A DNA stretch of 64,000 nucleotides from Escherichia phage vB_EcoM_SA35RD, in sequence record OL960577.1. The stretch is one strand, 5' to 3'. Below the pieces are notes generated by a model. The model was not told the origin of the DNA and did no database searches. It worked only from the letters and a program-made list of their open reading frames with translations. Both the position numbers and the translations under genes were made by a program. Position 1 is the stretch's first letter. The number at the start of each line of letters is the position of its first letter. Of the stretch, positions 43,208 through 55,399 are shown piece by piece.

Positions 43208-43236
43208 AATTTTCTCCTCGTGTTGTTGATAAAGCC

Positions 43237-43266
43237 ATAGTAACACCATCCTTGGTGTTTGTAAAC
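43237..43266 (-). promoter_or_regulatory. early promoter upstream of alc
   Basis: Minus strand GTTTAC-18 nt-TACTAT, then caacaacacGAGGAGaaaatt-ATG. Confidence 0.55.
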
Positions 43267-43268
43267 CA

Positions 43269-44402
<1,134 letters not shown>

Positions 44403-44419
44403 TCAGTTAGTTTTTTTAA

Positions 44420-44449
44420 ATTGTACCACAATCCTTGTGGTGTGTAAAC
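44420..44449 (-). promoter_or_regulatory. early promoter upstream of rnlA
   Basis: Minus strand GTTTAC-18 nt-TACAAT; spacer contains hairpin CCACA/TGTGG. Confidence 0.5.
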
Positions 44450-44859
44450 TACTTTTTCTTATGTTGGATATTCCAAGGCGGGTTGAACTTTTTGATAAAA
44501 AGCGGTTCTTCAAGGTCCATTGTTGCGATGGTCATTGAACCAAGTTCGTTGGTGACTGAAAGGTCAAAACATTGGCGGGCCCAGAATTCAACCTTTTTGC
44601 CTTGCATTAAGGCATCCAAAATCATAAGTGATTTTCTTGAATCTGAAGTCTGGTCTTTTCGATTTATGGCTGTTCGATAATAGTTAATGCGTTTCTTTAA
44701 ATTCTTGGTTTTACCAATATACACAAGTTCGTCATCTATAGCAATAGCGTATATGACATTTTTCTTATTAGGGACATCAACTGTTTTAATTGTTGCATCT
44801 TCTAATAGCTCCAATTCTGTATATTTAATAAAGGAATATTCAGCGGCGATATCTTTCAT
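44449..44859 (-). CDS. denA: endonuclease II (GIY-YIG family)
   Basis: 136 aa (T4 EndoII size); GIY-YIG-like IYAIAIDDELVYIGKT; position between rnlA and nrdB. Confidence 0.85.
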   Translation of the reverse strand: MKDIAAEYSFIKYTELELLEDATIKTVDVPNKKNVIYAIAIDDELVYIGKTKNLKKRINYYRTAINRKDQTSDSRKSLMILDALMQGKKVEFWARQCFDLSVTNELGSMTIATMDLEEPLFIKKFNPPWNIQHKKK

Positions 44860-44885
44860 AATAAAGTGGGACCGAAGTCCCGTCC

Positions 44886-46064
44886 TTAGAAATATTTTTT
44901 GTATGAATTGATTACATTTTGGTCTACATCATTATCAATTTGTGCGACAAGATAAGAACTGATTTCAACTTCCTGAGGAGCTGCTTGAACTAAATCAGAG
45001 TTCAGATATTCACGAATCCAAGGATACGGATGCTTGGTCGGAGCATCAGTGATTGGACACGGCAAACCACACTGTTTCATACGAGACACAGTCAAGTAAT
45101 CAACAAAAGCACACATACTCTGCGTATTGATACCTGGACATGTACCGTCTTTAAAGAGGTGTGCAGCCCATTCCTTCTCTTGTCTATTTACTTCCATAAA
45201 AATATCAACTGCTTCTTGTTCACATTCTTTAGCAATTTGAACCCACTCATCACCATCAGTACCAGATTGAAGTTGACGGATAATGTACTGAGTACCCTTG
45301 AGGTGGAGTTGTTCGTCACGAGCAATGAACTTCATAATCTTTGCATTACCTTCCATAATTTCCATATTTTTATGGAAGTTGAAAGTACATGCAAATGATA
45401 CGTAAAAACGAATAGCTTCTAAGGCGTTGATAACATGCAAACAGAGATAAAGAGACTTCATTAATGCACGTTTACATTCTTCCACATGCATAAGACTATT
45501 TGAATATGCATCCAAATCATATTCATTTTCGGAAAAACATTTAAAAATTTCTTTAGCATTTTCCCATTCACGTGTTTTAACTAGAACATCATCATAATAT
45601 TTGCCGATTGATTCCGCACGTTTCATAATTGCTTCATCTAATACAATCTCATCAAATACCTTCGATGGATCAGTATAAAGATTTCGCATGATATGAGTAT
45701 ATGAACGAGAGTGAATGGTTTCACTGAATGTCCATGTAGCAACCCATGTATCTAATGAAGGGTCGGAAAGCAATGCCATAAGTACCGCAGATGGTGCCCT
45801 GCCTTGGATAGAATCCAATAATGATTGATACTTAAGGTTGTTCGTAAAGATGTTCTGTTGGAACTGTGGAAGCTTATTGAACTGCGCAGAGTCCAACATC
45901 AAGTTTACCTCTTCAGGGCGCCAAAAAAACGACAATTGCTTTTCAATAAGCTCTTCAAAAACTTTATGGCGTTGAATATCGTAACGCGCAAGGCCAAGAC
46001 CGGAACCAAAGAACATTGGTTCATTCAAAACATCAACTTTTTGGGTATTAAAAACTGTACTCAT
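44886..46064 (-). CDS. nrdB: ribonucleotide reductase small subunit, uninterrupted
   Basis: 392 aa continuous ORF with class Ia beta-subunit motifs. Confidence 0.95.
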   Translation of the reverse strand: MSTVFNTQKVDVLNEPMFFGSGLGLARYDIQRHKVFEELIEKQLSFFWRPEEVNLMLDSAQFNKLPQFQQNIFTNNLKYQSLLDSIQGRAPSAVLMALLSDPSLDTWVATWTFSETIHSRSYTHIMRNLYTDPSKVFDEIVLDEAIMKRAESIGKYYDDVLVKTREWENAKEIFKCFSENEYDLDAYSNSLMHVEECKRALMKSLYLCLHVINALEAIRFYVSFACTFNFHKNMEIMEGNAKIMKFIARDEQLHLKGTQYIIRQLQSGTDGDEWVQIAKECEQEAVDIFMEVNRQEKEWAAHLFKDGTCPGINTQSMCAFVDYLTVSRMKQCGLPCPITDAPTKHPYPWIREYLNSDLVQAAPQEVEISSYLVAQIDNDVDQNVINSYKKYF

Positions 46065-46114
46065 TATATTCTCTCAATAGTGACTCATCCATGAGTCAAT
46101 TATAAACAAAATTC

Positions 46115-48370
46115 TTAAAGCTTACAAGCGGAGCAATCTTCAGCTTTAGGTGTTTCTAATTCATAGTCATCTGTACCAGAACCATCTCGAGTGTTATGAT
46201 AGTAAAGGTTCTTACCACCAAAGTACCAGAAGTAAAGCAAGTCATCAAGCATTACAGACATTGGCACTTTGCCTTTCTCAAAGACTGAAGGGTCGTAGTA
46301 TGTATTAGCAGAAGCAGATTGGCACACCCATTTTAACATGATAACAACTTGTGTCAGATAAGGCTTATTACCTTTCTTAGCGAGTTTCCACGCATAGTCA
46401 TAAAGACCCATGTTGTGTTCAATATTAGGAACTACTTGACGGAAATTACCTTCTTTAGATTCTTTAATACTTACCGGGCCACGAGGTGGTTCAATACCAT
46501 TTGTGCTATTTGAGACCTGGCTGCTTGATTCGCATGGCATGAGAGCACTGAGTGTACTGTTACGAATCCCGTGTTCTTTAAGTTCGGCTCGTAGTTCTTC
46601 CCAATCACATACATAGTTTGGGGCTGCGATTTGGTCAATCTTTTTATTGTACCAGTCGATAGGTAATTCGCCTCGAGACCATTTAGTGTCTGAATAATAC
46701 TCGCAACGTCCTTTTTCTTTGGCGAGTTTGATTGATGCTTTGATAAGGCCATATTGCAATCTCTCAAACAATTCATGAGTCAAATCGTTAGCGTCTTCAT
46801 ATGAAGCGAAGTTAGAAGCTAACCATGCAGCATAGTTCGTAACACCAACACCAAGATTACGACGCTTTTTGGCTTTTAAAGCTTCTGGAACCGGATAATC
46901 TTGATAGTCTAACAGGTTATCAAGTGCACGTACTTGTACTTCGGCAAGTTCATTAATTTTATCTTGGTCTTGCCAATCAAATTTATCTAACACGAATGCA
47001 GATAATGTGCATAAACCAATTTCAGCATCAGGACCATTCACATCATTAGTTGGAATAGCGATTTCACAACATAAGTTACTCTGACGAATTGGAGCTTTTT
47101 CACGAATAAATGGAGTGTAGTTATTCGTGTTATCAACAAACTGTGGATAAATTCGAGCAGTGCCAGAACGTTCAGTCATGAACAATTCAAAGAGTTCTAG
47201 TGCTTTGATTCTTTTCTTTCTGATTGTTGGGTCTTTTTCAGCTTTCTCATAAAGCTCACGGAATTTATCTTGATCTTCAAAGAACGAGTAGTATAGTTCG
47301 CCTGACATTTCGTGAGGGCTAAATAAAGTAATATAATCATTTTTACCAAGGCGTTCCATCATAAGGTCATTAATCTGAATTCCGTAGTCCATATGTCGAA
47401 TACGGTTTTCATCCACGCCTTTGTTATTTTTCAGAACTAATAGGTTCTCTACTTCTAAGTGCCACATCGGATAATACGCTGTAGCAGCACCACCACGAAT
47501 ACCACCTTGAGAACAAGATTTTACTGCAGTTTGGAAATGTTTCCAGAATGGAATAACACCCGTATGTCGAACTTCACCCACACCGATCTTAGAACCTTCT
47601 GCACGAAGCATACCAACGTTGATACCGATACCAGCTCGTTTAGAAATATATTCAATAATTGATGCTGAAGTTTTGTTAATAGATTTTAACGAATCACCAG
47701 CTTCAATAACTACACAACTAGAGAACTGGCGAGTTGGAGTACGAGCACCTGCCATAATTGGGGTTGGCAATGAAACTTGATGAGTAGAAACGGCATCATA
47801 AAAACGAATAATATGTTTCAAACGGTCATGAGTTTCGTCTTGGTGTAAGGCCATGCCAATAGCCATGATAGCAAACTGGGGAGTTTCATAAATCTTCCCA
47901 GTTGTTTTATCTTTAACTAGATATTTTTCTTTAAGCTGCATAGCACCAGCATAAGTCAGGTCAAAGTCTCGTTCATGTTTAATCTGTGAATCGAGATAAA
48001 TGATTTCTTCTGCTGAATATTGAGACAACAGCTCAGGGTCATATTTGCCTTCATTAACACAATAAGAAATATGGTCGATAAAAGCAGGCGGTTCAAACTG
48101 CCCATATACATCTTTACGAAGTGCAAACATTAGCCCTTTGGCGGCGACATACTGATAATCAGGTTCTTCGACAGAAATCGAGTTAGCTGCAACTTTAATA
48201 CAAATCTTCTGGATATCTTTGGTGCTCATCCCGTCAACAAGATGGGTCTTAATTTCTTCGTACAATTCATATGGGTCAATTTGTGTTCCTTCACATTGCC
48301 AGGTCAGAACTTGGATAATTTTCTGTGCATCAAAATTTTGGGATACGCCACTGCTCTTAGTTACTTGCAT
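46115..48370 (-). CDS. nrdA: ribonucleotide reductase large subunit
   Basis: 751 aa; class Ia alpha-subunit features including NLCCEIA and C-terminal CSACKL. Confidence 0.95.
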   Translation of the reverse strand: MQVTKSSGVSQNFDAQKIIQVLTWQCEGTQIDPYELYEEIKTHLVDGMSTKDIQKICIKVAANSISVEEPDYQYVAAKGLMFALRKDVYGQFEPPAFIDHISYCVNEGKYDPELLSQYSAEEIIYLDSQIKHERDFDLTYAGAMQLKEKYLVKDKTTGKIYETPQFAIMAIGMALHQDETHDRLKHIIRFYDAVSTHQVSLPTPIMAGARTPTRQFSSCVVIEAGDSLKSINKTSASIIEYISKRAGIGINVGMLRAEGSKIGVGEVRHTGVIPFWKHFQTAVKSCSQGGIRGGAATAYYPMWHLEVENLLVLKNNKGVDENRIRHMDYGIQINDLMMERLGKNDYITLFSPHEMSGELYYSFFEDQDKFRELYEKAEKDPTIRKKRIKALELFELFMTERSGTARIYPQFVDNTNNYTPFIREKAPIRQSNLCCEIAIPTNDVNGPDAEIGLCTLSAFVLDKFDWQDQDKINELAEVQVRALDNLLDYQDYPVPEALKAKKRRNLGVGVTNYAAWLASNFASYEDANDLTHELFERLQYGLIKASIKLAKEKGRCEYYSDTKWSRGELPIDWYNKKIDQIAAPNYVCDWEELRAELKEHGIRNSTLSALMPCESSSQVSNSTNGIEPPRGPVSIKESKEGNFRQVVPNIEHNMGLYDYAWKLAKKGNKPYLTQVVIMLKWVCQSASANTYYDPSVFEKGKVPMSVMLDDLLYFWYFGGKNLYYHNTRDGSGTDDYELETPKAEDCSACKL

Positions 48371-48666
48371 ATGTCCTCTATATTAAATTCGTCTTTAAAA
48401 AGTTTATTAACCACTAGAGCTATTATATCACCATGACAGGCTTTTGGTTTACATGTGCATCCCAGACGCATACCACGTAAAGGTTCTAGATGAGCTTTTG
48501 TGATTTCTCCACACTTAATTCTCTTAATAAAATCCTTTTTGAAAAGCTCAATAGCTTCTTCTCGGGAAGAGGCATCCTTGCCTACATAATTTCCCCAGAA
48601 TGTGCCACGATGAATATTAACATCAAAATCGGATTTATATTTATTCACAACGCGGCACATTTTCAT
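48361..48666 (-). CDS. hypothetical Cys-containing protein (T4 nrdA.1 position)
   Basis: 101 aa ORF overlapping nrdA start; synteny only. Confidence 0.55.
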   Translation of the reverse strand: MKMCRVVNKYKSDFDVNIHRGTFWGNYVGKDASSREEAIELFKKDFIKRIKCGEITKAHLEPLRGMRLGCTCKPKACHGDIIALVVNKLFKDEFNIEDICK

Positions 48667-48920
48667 TACATGTCCTCTGCAATAATTTCTTCGTATTCTT
48701 TAGGAGTCAAGACCGTGATATTAAAATAAACCAACGGTTCTTTTTCTATACCGAATCCACCACAGAATTCACGATATTCATAAATTCGTTCATGTGAATA
48801 ACAAATGAATCGTTCACCTTTAACTGTGATTTCACTATTTGGTGAAGGGATATCCAGTTCACTTGGATTTTTCATTTCAAAAATTGTGGTGCCATATGAA
48901 TTAATAAAACGTAAAATCAT
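48666..48920 (-). CDS. hypothetical protein (T4 nrdA.2 position)
   Basis: 84 aa ORF, coupled starts and stops. Confidence 0.5.
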   Translation of the reverse strand: MILRFINSYGTTIFEMKNPSELDIPSPNSEITVKGERFICYSHERIYEYREFCGGFGIEKEPLVYFNITVLTPKEYEEIIAEDM

Positions 48921-48921
48921 T

Positions 48922-50607
<1,686 letters not shown>

Positions 50608-50609
50608 AA

Positions 50610-50858
50610 TTATTTCCTCAGATTTTTCTTAACAACTTTCCAATCAGCTTTAAACGATTCAACATCAGAGTGGTGAATCCAGAATCCTGCGCTTTCACCA
50701 TCTTCGTAGAGTGGACATCCATCACATTCTTCGTTCCAACCCATTTCACGTAAAGCTTCTTCAGCTTGTTCAAGGAGTTCAGCGTCTTTACCAACTATGT
50801 TAAAGTACCATTTACCTCTAACTTCAGAATCTTTGATGCTCTGGCGTTGCAATCTCAT
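50610..50858 (-). CDS. hypothetical protein (frd.x region)
   Basis: 82 aa ORF with GGAG SD behind an early-type promoter. Confidence 0.5.
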   Translation of the reverse strand: MRLQRQSIKDSEVRGKWYFNIVGKDAELLEQAEEALREMGWNEECDGCPLYEDGESAGFWIHHSDVESFKADWKVVKKNLRK

Positions 50859-50893
50859 TTTATTCTCCGCTTCACTTTTGATTTGATAGGGCT

Positions 50894-50923
50894 ACTATAA
50901 CATAACCCTATCCGATTGTACAC
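50894..50923 (-). promoter_or_regulatory. early-type promoter upstream of ORF 50610..50858
   Basis: Minus strand GTGTAC-18 nt-TATAGT; -10 inside hairpin ATAGGG/CCCTAT. Confidence 0.45.
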
Positions 50924-51327
50924 TACTTTTTAAAAGTTTTTTGCAAAAGTTTGATGATTTCGTCGACGTTGGTTTCATCTACGATACAATGGATTTTTGT
51001 TACACCTAAAGTTATACCTTCGTTAGTAGGTTGAGGCTTTACTAAATCTACCTCAGTAAAGTACTCAATAAAGTATTTGAACTCGTCAGGATAAATCTCA
51101 AAATAAGTTTCAATTTCACCACCGGCAGAACATACAGTACCATCTTCCATAGTTACACTTACTACGTTTGACGTATCGCTATCATAATCAGGTTCCATTC
51201 CGTTTACAACAAAACTAGGCCCGTGGAGTTCAATCAATTTTAACATCTTAGCGTTATTATGTGGTGCTTCTTGAACAAAGTCGTCTTTAAATAAAGGGTT
51301 AATGATATAAGATTTTCCGATTTCCAT
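50923..51327 (-). CDS. hypothetical protein (frd.x region)
   Basis: 134 aa ORF with GAGGAAA SD behind an early promoter. Confidence 0.5.
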   Translation of the reverse strand: MEIGKSYIINPLFKDDFVQEAPHNNAKMLKLIELHGPSFVVNGMEPDYDSDTSNVVSVTMEDGTVCSAGGEIETYFEIYPDEFKYFIEYFTEVDLVKPQPTNEGITLGVTKIHCIVDETNVDEIIKLLQKTFKK

Positions 51328-51356
51328 TTTGATTTCCTCATGTTGTTGATAGGTCT

Positions 51357-51385
51357 ATATTAACACATCTAGGGAAGAAGTAAAC
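51357..51385 (-). promoter_or_regulatory. early promoter upstream of ORF 50923..51327
   Basis: Minus strand GTTTAC-17 nt-TAATAT, then caacaacatGAGGAAAtcaaa-ATG. Confidence 0.55.
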
Positions 51386-51412
51386 AACTTTTTCGGCAAT
51401 TTACAGATACTC

Positions 51413-51434
51413 AAAAGGGAGACCGAAGTCTCCC
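51413..51434 (-). terminator. terminator after gene 32
   Basis: GGGAGAC-CGAA-GTCTCCC; on the minus strand followed by TTTTGAG, 7 nt past the gene 32 stop. Confidence 0.65.
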
Positions 51435-51440
51435 GATTTA

Positions 51441-52343
51441 TTATAGACCAGCTAACAGGTCATCGAGGTCGCCATCATCTGAAGATGAGGTAGAGCTCAT
51501 GAAGTCATCTTCAGTTTTTGCAGAACTAAAGGCTTCCATGTCTTTATCAAAATCGTCAAGGTCAGAAGCAACTTTATCTGCAACAGAAGCTGCGGCAGCT
51601 GCTGCACCACCAAGAGCAGCAGTACCAAGAACCTTAGCGAAAGATTCATTTAATTTTTCAAAGGATTTGAACTGGTCTTTAGCCGTCAAAGTAGTAAGGT
51701 CTACCATCTGATCATATAGTTCTTTCTGGAATGCTTCGTCATTAATACGAGGAATTTCAGATTGACCTAAGAATTTAGATTCATCGTAGTTGCTAAAACC
51801 GGAAACCTGCTTAGCTTTCAGAACGAAGTTAGCACCTTCAAACGGACAAGTAACATCAACTGGAGTTTCACCCATTTCGGTATCAACAGCAATCATTGCA
51901 TTGATTTTGTCCCAAATCTTTTTACCGAAACGATATTTAAATACTTTACCTTCGTTATCTGGAGCTTGAGGGTCTTTAACAACCAGAATATTAGCCCAAT
52001 AAGAAGTTTTACGTTTCAGTTGAGAATATTCAGTTTTGTTGGTATTGTACAGGTCATTTTTACTAATGTACTGACATACAGGACAAGAGTCGTAATCACC
52101 ATGTGTAGAAGAGCAATTTTCAATATACCATTTACCATTTTTCTTGAAACCGTGGTTAACAAGAATTGCAAATGGTAGTGCATCATCAGTTTTTGCTGGC
52201 AAGAAACGAATTACCGCTTGACCATTACCTGATGCATCTAGCTTCAGCTTCCATTCGCCTTTATCTTCTGAAGAGAAACCTTTGTTACCGTTCAGTTTAG
52301 CCATTTGAGCAGCGAGGTCAGCAGTAGATTTACGTTTAAACAT
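51441..52343 (-). CDS. 32: single-stranded DNA-binding protein gp32
   Basis: 300 aa; N-terminus [23 protein letters not shown] and acidic C-terminal tail as T4 gp32. Confidence 0.95.
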   Translation of the reverse strand: MFKRKSTADLAAQMAKLNGNKGFSSEDKGEWKLKLDASGNGQAVIRFLPAKTDDALPFAILVNHGFKKNGKWYIENCSSTHGDYDSCPVCQYISKNDLYNTNKTEYSQLKRKTSYWANILVVKDPQAPDNEGKVFKYRFGKKIWDKINAMIAVDTEMGETPVDVTCPFEGANFVLKAKQVSGFSNYDESKFLGQSEIPRINDEAFQKELYDQMVDLTTLTAKDQFKSFEKLNESFAKVLGTAALGGAAAAAASVADKVASDLDDFDKDMEAFSSAKTEDDFMSSTSSSDDGDLDDLLAGL

Positions 52344-52384
52344 TATATTTACCTTTATTTAGATTATTTAATTTATTTACAGTT

Positions 52385-52415
52385 GGTTGCTACGACACTT
52401 ATACCTCGTAGCTGG
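52385..52415 (-). promoter_or_regulatory. gene 32 leader structure (candidate autoregulatory translational operator)
   Basis: Inverted repeat GCTACG (52388-52393) / CGTAGC (52407-52412) in the gene 32 leader, followed by an A/T-rich tract to the start codon. Confidence 0.45.
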
Positions 52416-52422
52416 TATAATT

Positions 52423-52430
52423 TATTTATA
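52423..52430 (-). promoter_or_regulatory. late promoter motif (minus strand) for gene 32
   Basis: TATAAATA on minus strand about 80 nt before the gene 32 ATG, leaving a long leader. Confidence 0.5.
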
Positions 52431-52459
52431 AAGTAATTTTAACACACAAGAAATAAAGC

Positions 52460-53113
52460 TTAATACTTACATGATTTGATTGTTTCTATGAACAATTTCT
52501 TAGCAACATTTCCATCGATTTGAAGTATTTTTCGATATGCCTTTAATTTGGTAGAATAATTTTGCCAGACTAAGTTATCGGTGAGTTCGTCGTGCTTATC
52601 TATAATATTCAAAAATGAGTCCAACAATAAGAAAGTTTCAAACGAAATTATATTGCTTTGTAGCAATTTAAATATGTAGCTCGACTGAACGTTGTTATTA
52701 TAATCAAATATCTCTTGAAGCGCACTAACTTCAACTTTCTTACTGAAATAGTAGATGTTACGTACGTCTTCAGCAAACGTCTCTTTAGCTTGTTTGAGAC
52801 GTCCAATATATTCCCTATAGAAAACTAATGCATCAGCGTCTGATATCTCACCAATCCATGCGTCTTGGTTAGCAACTAAGTTGCTTATGAATATCAAGGT
52901 GAGTTCCTTCAATTTATATTTCTCTGCTAGTTTTTCAAAGAAATATTTATCTCGGCGTTTTTGATACGCATTATCCGAAACACGCATGCACCAGTTATAT
53001 TTGATTACGTCATACCGACCACCAAAGTGGTTTTTGCACATCAAGTATAGTTTATATACTGATTTACCATTAATATAACGTTCTCCATCAGGAGGCATGC
53101 GTATTTTAATCAT
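52460..53113 (-). CDS. 59: helicase loader gp59
   Basis: 217 aa; near-identical to recalled T4 gp59 throughout. Confidence 0.95.
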   Translation of the reverse strand: MIKIRMPPDGERYINGKSVYKLYLMCKNHFGGRYDVIKYNWCMRVSDNAYQKRRDKYFFEKLAEKYKLKELTLIFISNLVANQDAWIGEISDADALVFYREYIGRLKQAKETFAEDVRNIYYFSKKVEVSALQEIFDYNNNVQSSYIFKLLQSNIISFETFLLLDSFLNIIDKHDELTDNLVWQNYSTKLKAYRKILQIDGNVAKKLFIETIKSCKY

Positions 53114-53789
53114 AGTTCCATCCAGGCCATTTTGAAGATTTAAGTCTATATGTAACTAAAGACGCAGAAATATTAAAAACATTTGAAACTTCTTTACACG
53201 AGGCGTATTTTATACCATCAATAATTATAGGTTTTTGTTTTTTAATAGTTCTTTCTTTAGAATGCGGCTTTGAATTTGCTATTCTAAGAGCTTCTTTGGT
53301 TGAATCAGGCATCGGCTTATTCGTTTTTCGCCCTTTTCGGACTTTACTCAAGGCCAATTTGTGAGCTTCAGATAGTTTCTTACCCTTATTAGGTGACGGT
53401 ATTTTTCTTTCTAGTCTTGTTTTAGATACTTTAGCCTTAGTCTCTTCAGATCTAGGTTTACCTAATTTAGAAAGTGAAATAGACCTTTTAGCTTCATCAC
53501 TTTGTTTTTTACCAGGACCACCTTTACCACCGGGAACTAAGTTATAAGTATCATCTCGCAAAACAAAATCTTCATTAACCAATTCTGCTTCTTTTTTATA
53601 GGCGTCCTTGTCATTATCATATTCATAAAGAATTTCGGTATAAAAATTTTTTAGTCCATATTTAGCTTTGGCCGCTAATATAGCGCGGCCTGATCCAATA
53701 TACCAATCTTTCTCTTTATGTTTTTTGTGTACGCCTATATAAATTTTACCATTTATTTTATTGGTAGTTTTATACACAACGTATTTCAT
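53106..53789 (-). CDS. GIY-YIG homing endonuclease (Seg-like, free-standing)
   Basis: 227 aa; N-terminal GIY-YIG module (KIYIGVHKK...WYIGSG, NLVPGG); Lys/Arg-rich linker; overlaps gene 59 start and gene 33 stop. Confidence 0.8.
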   Translation of the reverse strand: MKYVVYKTTNKINGKIYIGVHKKHKEKDWYIGSGRAILAAKAKYGLKNFYTEILYEYDNDKDAYKKEAELVNEDFVLRDDTYNLVPGGKGGPGKKQSDEAKRSISLSKLGKPRSEETKAKVSKTRLERKIPSPNKGKKLSEAHKLALSKVRKGRKTNKPMPDSTKEALRIANSKPHSKERTIKKQKPIIIDGIKYASCKEVSNVFNISASLVTYRLKSSKWPGWNYD

Positions 53790-54124
53790 AATAAGAAATC
53801 TAACGTATTAGTTTTTTCACCACGAGCAACTGATGGGCGAAGCATGTTTTCGTCAATTGCTTCGCTTGTAATTTTTTCAACAATTCCTGTAGGAATAAAT
53901 TTAGCAAATTGTGTTTCTGGAATAGAATTTTCTTCCAAGAAAGCAGTTGTTGCTTCTAAATAAGACATACCAAATTGTTCAACCATGGATTCGATAATGA
54001 ATCCGTTTTCTTGTCGGTCAAGTAATTTAGCGATATCATCTTTATCGTGTTTTACTGCTAATTCTTGTTCAGATAAACCGGCCTCATCAACCGGTTTAAT
54101 ATCACTTAGTGAAAACTGTGTCAT
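53786..54124 (-). CDS. 33: late transcription accessory protein gp33
   Basis: 112 aa, T4 gp33 size and position. Confidence 0.9.
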   Translation of the reverse strand: MTQFSLSDIKPVDEAGLSEQELAVKHDKDDIAKLLDRQENGFIIESMVEQFGMSYLEATTAFLEENSIPETQFAKFIPTGIVEKITSEAIDENMLRPSVARGEKTNTLDFLL

Positions 54125-54371
54125 AAAGCTCGACTACCTCTTCGTTTTCAGCTTCAAATTGATCACGAGCGTCTTTATGATAAAGAGCTAACAAACGATT
54201 AAACATTTTTCCATCGACGCCAAGCTCTTCTTTAGCACGAGTACGAATGTCTTTAATCAGTTCATTATAACCAGAAATTTTAAGTTTGTTATCGGAAGCT
54301 TCCTTGACTAGTTTAGCCAGTTCTTCACCATGCACATCTTGATTAAATTCAACTGCTTCTTTCTTAGCCAT
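54102..54371 (-). CDS. dsbA: double-stranded DNA-binding protein DsbA
   Basis: Start set at ATG 54371 (MAKKEAVEF..., GAGGT SD), giving 89 aa as T4 DsbA; track ORF starts at 54389. Confidence 0.85.
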   Translation of the reverse strand: MAKKEAVEFNQDVHGEELAKLVKEASDNKLKISGYNELIKDIRTRAKEELGVDGKMFNRLLALYHKDARDQFEAENEEVVELYDTVFTK

Positions 54372-54378
54372 GTTTACC

Positions 54379-55296
54379 TCAGAATTCATTAATTACACTT
54401 GTTAATTTAGAAAGACCGGATTTTACAAAGTATGAATAAATCTTGCCTTTAGGTTGTTGTTTATACGAGTTATAATACTCTATAATGGTTGAAGCAATAT
54501 TATCAGGGATATAATCAAAATCAATGAGAACCAAATTTTCTTGATACCGTTTATATTCTTCTGCACTTAATAATACTTCAGCTTGAGAACGGTCGTTAGC
54601 AATTGCTTCAATAATTGATGTTTTCATGCTTGGAGTTCGTTCACCTTCAACTCGAGTAAACCAGAAGTCACCACGAACTCGAACAGATGCAACACCATCC
54701 TTACGGTCACCTTTAAGAATTTTAGTCATGCAATCAATTTCAGCAGAACCGTTCTTAATTTTAACCCATTTTTTCTGTGGTGGCGACCACTGTTTAACGT
54801 TAGGATATTTGTGTAATTGTGTAAAGTCACCATCTGATGCAACAATACATACCTTATGTCCAGCTAATGACAAATATTTAGTTAATACACCGATATGGTC
54901 ATCCGCTTCATACTTGTCAATATCCATTACAACGTATGGCATGTATTTCTTAATCTCATCAACAACTTGATGGAGTGCAGTAAAATATCCTTCCCAATCC
55001 CACTTTGAAGCTTCACGATCGGTTTTACGATTTTTCTTGTAATAGTAAGCAAAATCACGTCGCCAATAACCTGAAGTAGCATTATCCATACACAATACAA
55101 ATTTTGTATAGCCTTGCTTACGGAACAACACGACGTTTTTACGAATTGAATTCAAGATTACATGGCGAACCATTGGAACAGTAATTTTATCACCGTCTTC
55201 AAAGTTGTTTAATGCGGCTGCCAACGCAATGTTACTAAAGTCGGCAAGTGCAATACCTTCTTTGTAATCTTCATCCAACATCATTTCTAAATCCAT
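54379..55296 (-). CDS. rnh: RNase H (5'-3' exonuclease, FEN family)
   Basis: 305 aa at the T4 rnh position upstream of gene 34; early promoter upstream. Confidence 0.9.
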   Translation of the reverse strand: MDLEMMLDEDYKEGIALADFSNIALAAALNNFEDGDKITVPMVRHVILNSIRKNVVLFRKQGYTKFVLCMDNATSGYWRRDFAYYYKKNRKTDREASKWDWEGYFTALHQVVDEIKKYMPYVVMDIDKYEADDHIGVLTKYLSLAGHKVCIVASDGDFTQLHKYPNVKQWSPPQKKWVKIKNGSAEIDCMTKILKGDRKDGVASVRVRGDFWFTRVEGERTPSMKTSIIEAIANDRSQAEVLLSAEEYKRYQENLVLIDFDYIPDNIASTIIEYYNSYKQQPKGKIYSYFVKSGLSKLTSVINEF

Positions 55297-55328
55297 ATGA
55301 ACCTCTTGTTCAGTTAGTCAACTTGTCT

Positions 55329-55358
55329 ATAGTAACACACTCATTTGAAAGCGTAAAC
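55329..55358 (-). promoter_or_regulatory. early promoter upstream of rnh
   Basis: Minus strand GTTTAC-18 nt-TACTAT, back-to-back with the gene 34 late promoter. Confidence 0.55.
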
Positions 55359-55362
55359 TGGT

Positions 55363-55370
55363 ATAAATAA
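55363..55370 (+). promoter_or_regulatory. late promoter motif TATAAATA upstream of gene 34
   Basis: Exact motif 30 nt before the gene 34 ATG. Confidence 0.6.
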
Positions 55371-55399
55371 GTATTATTGAAACAATAAAGGAAAAACGA

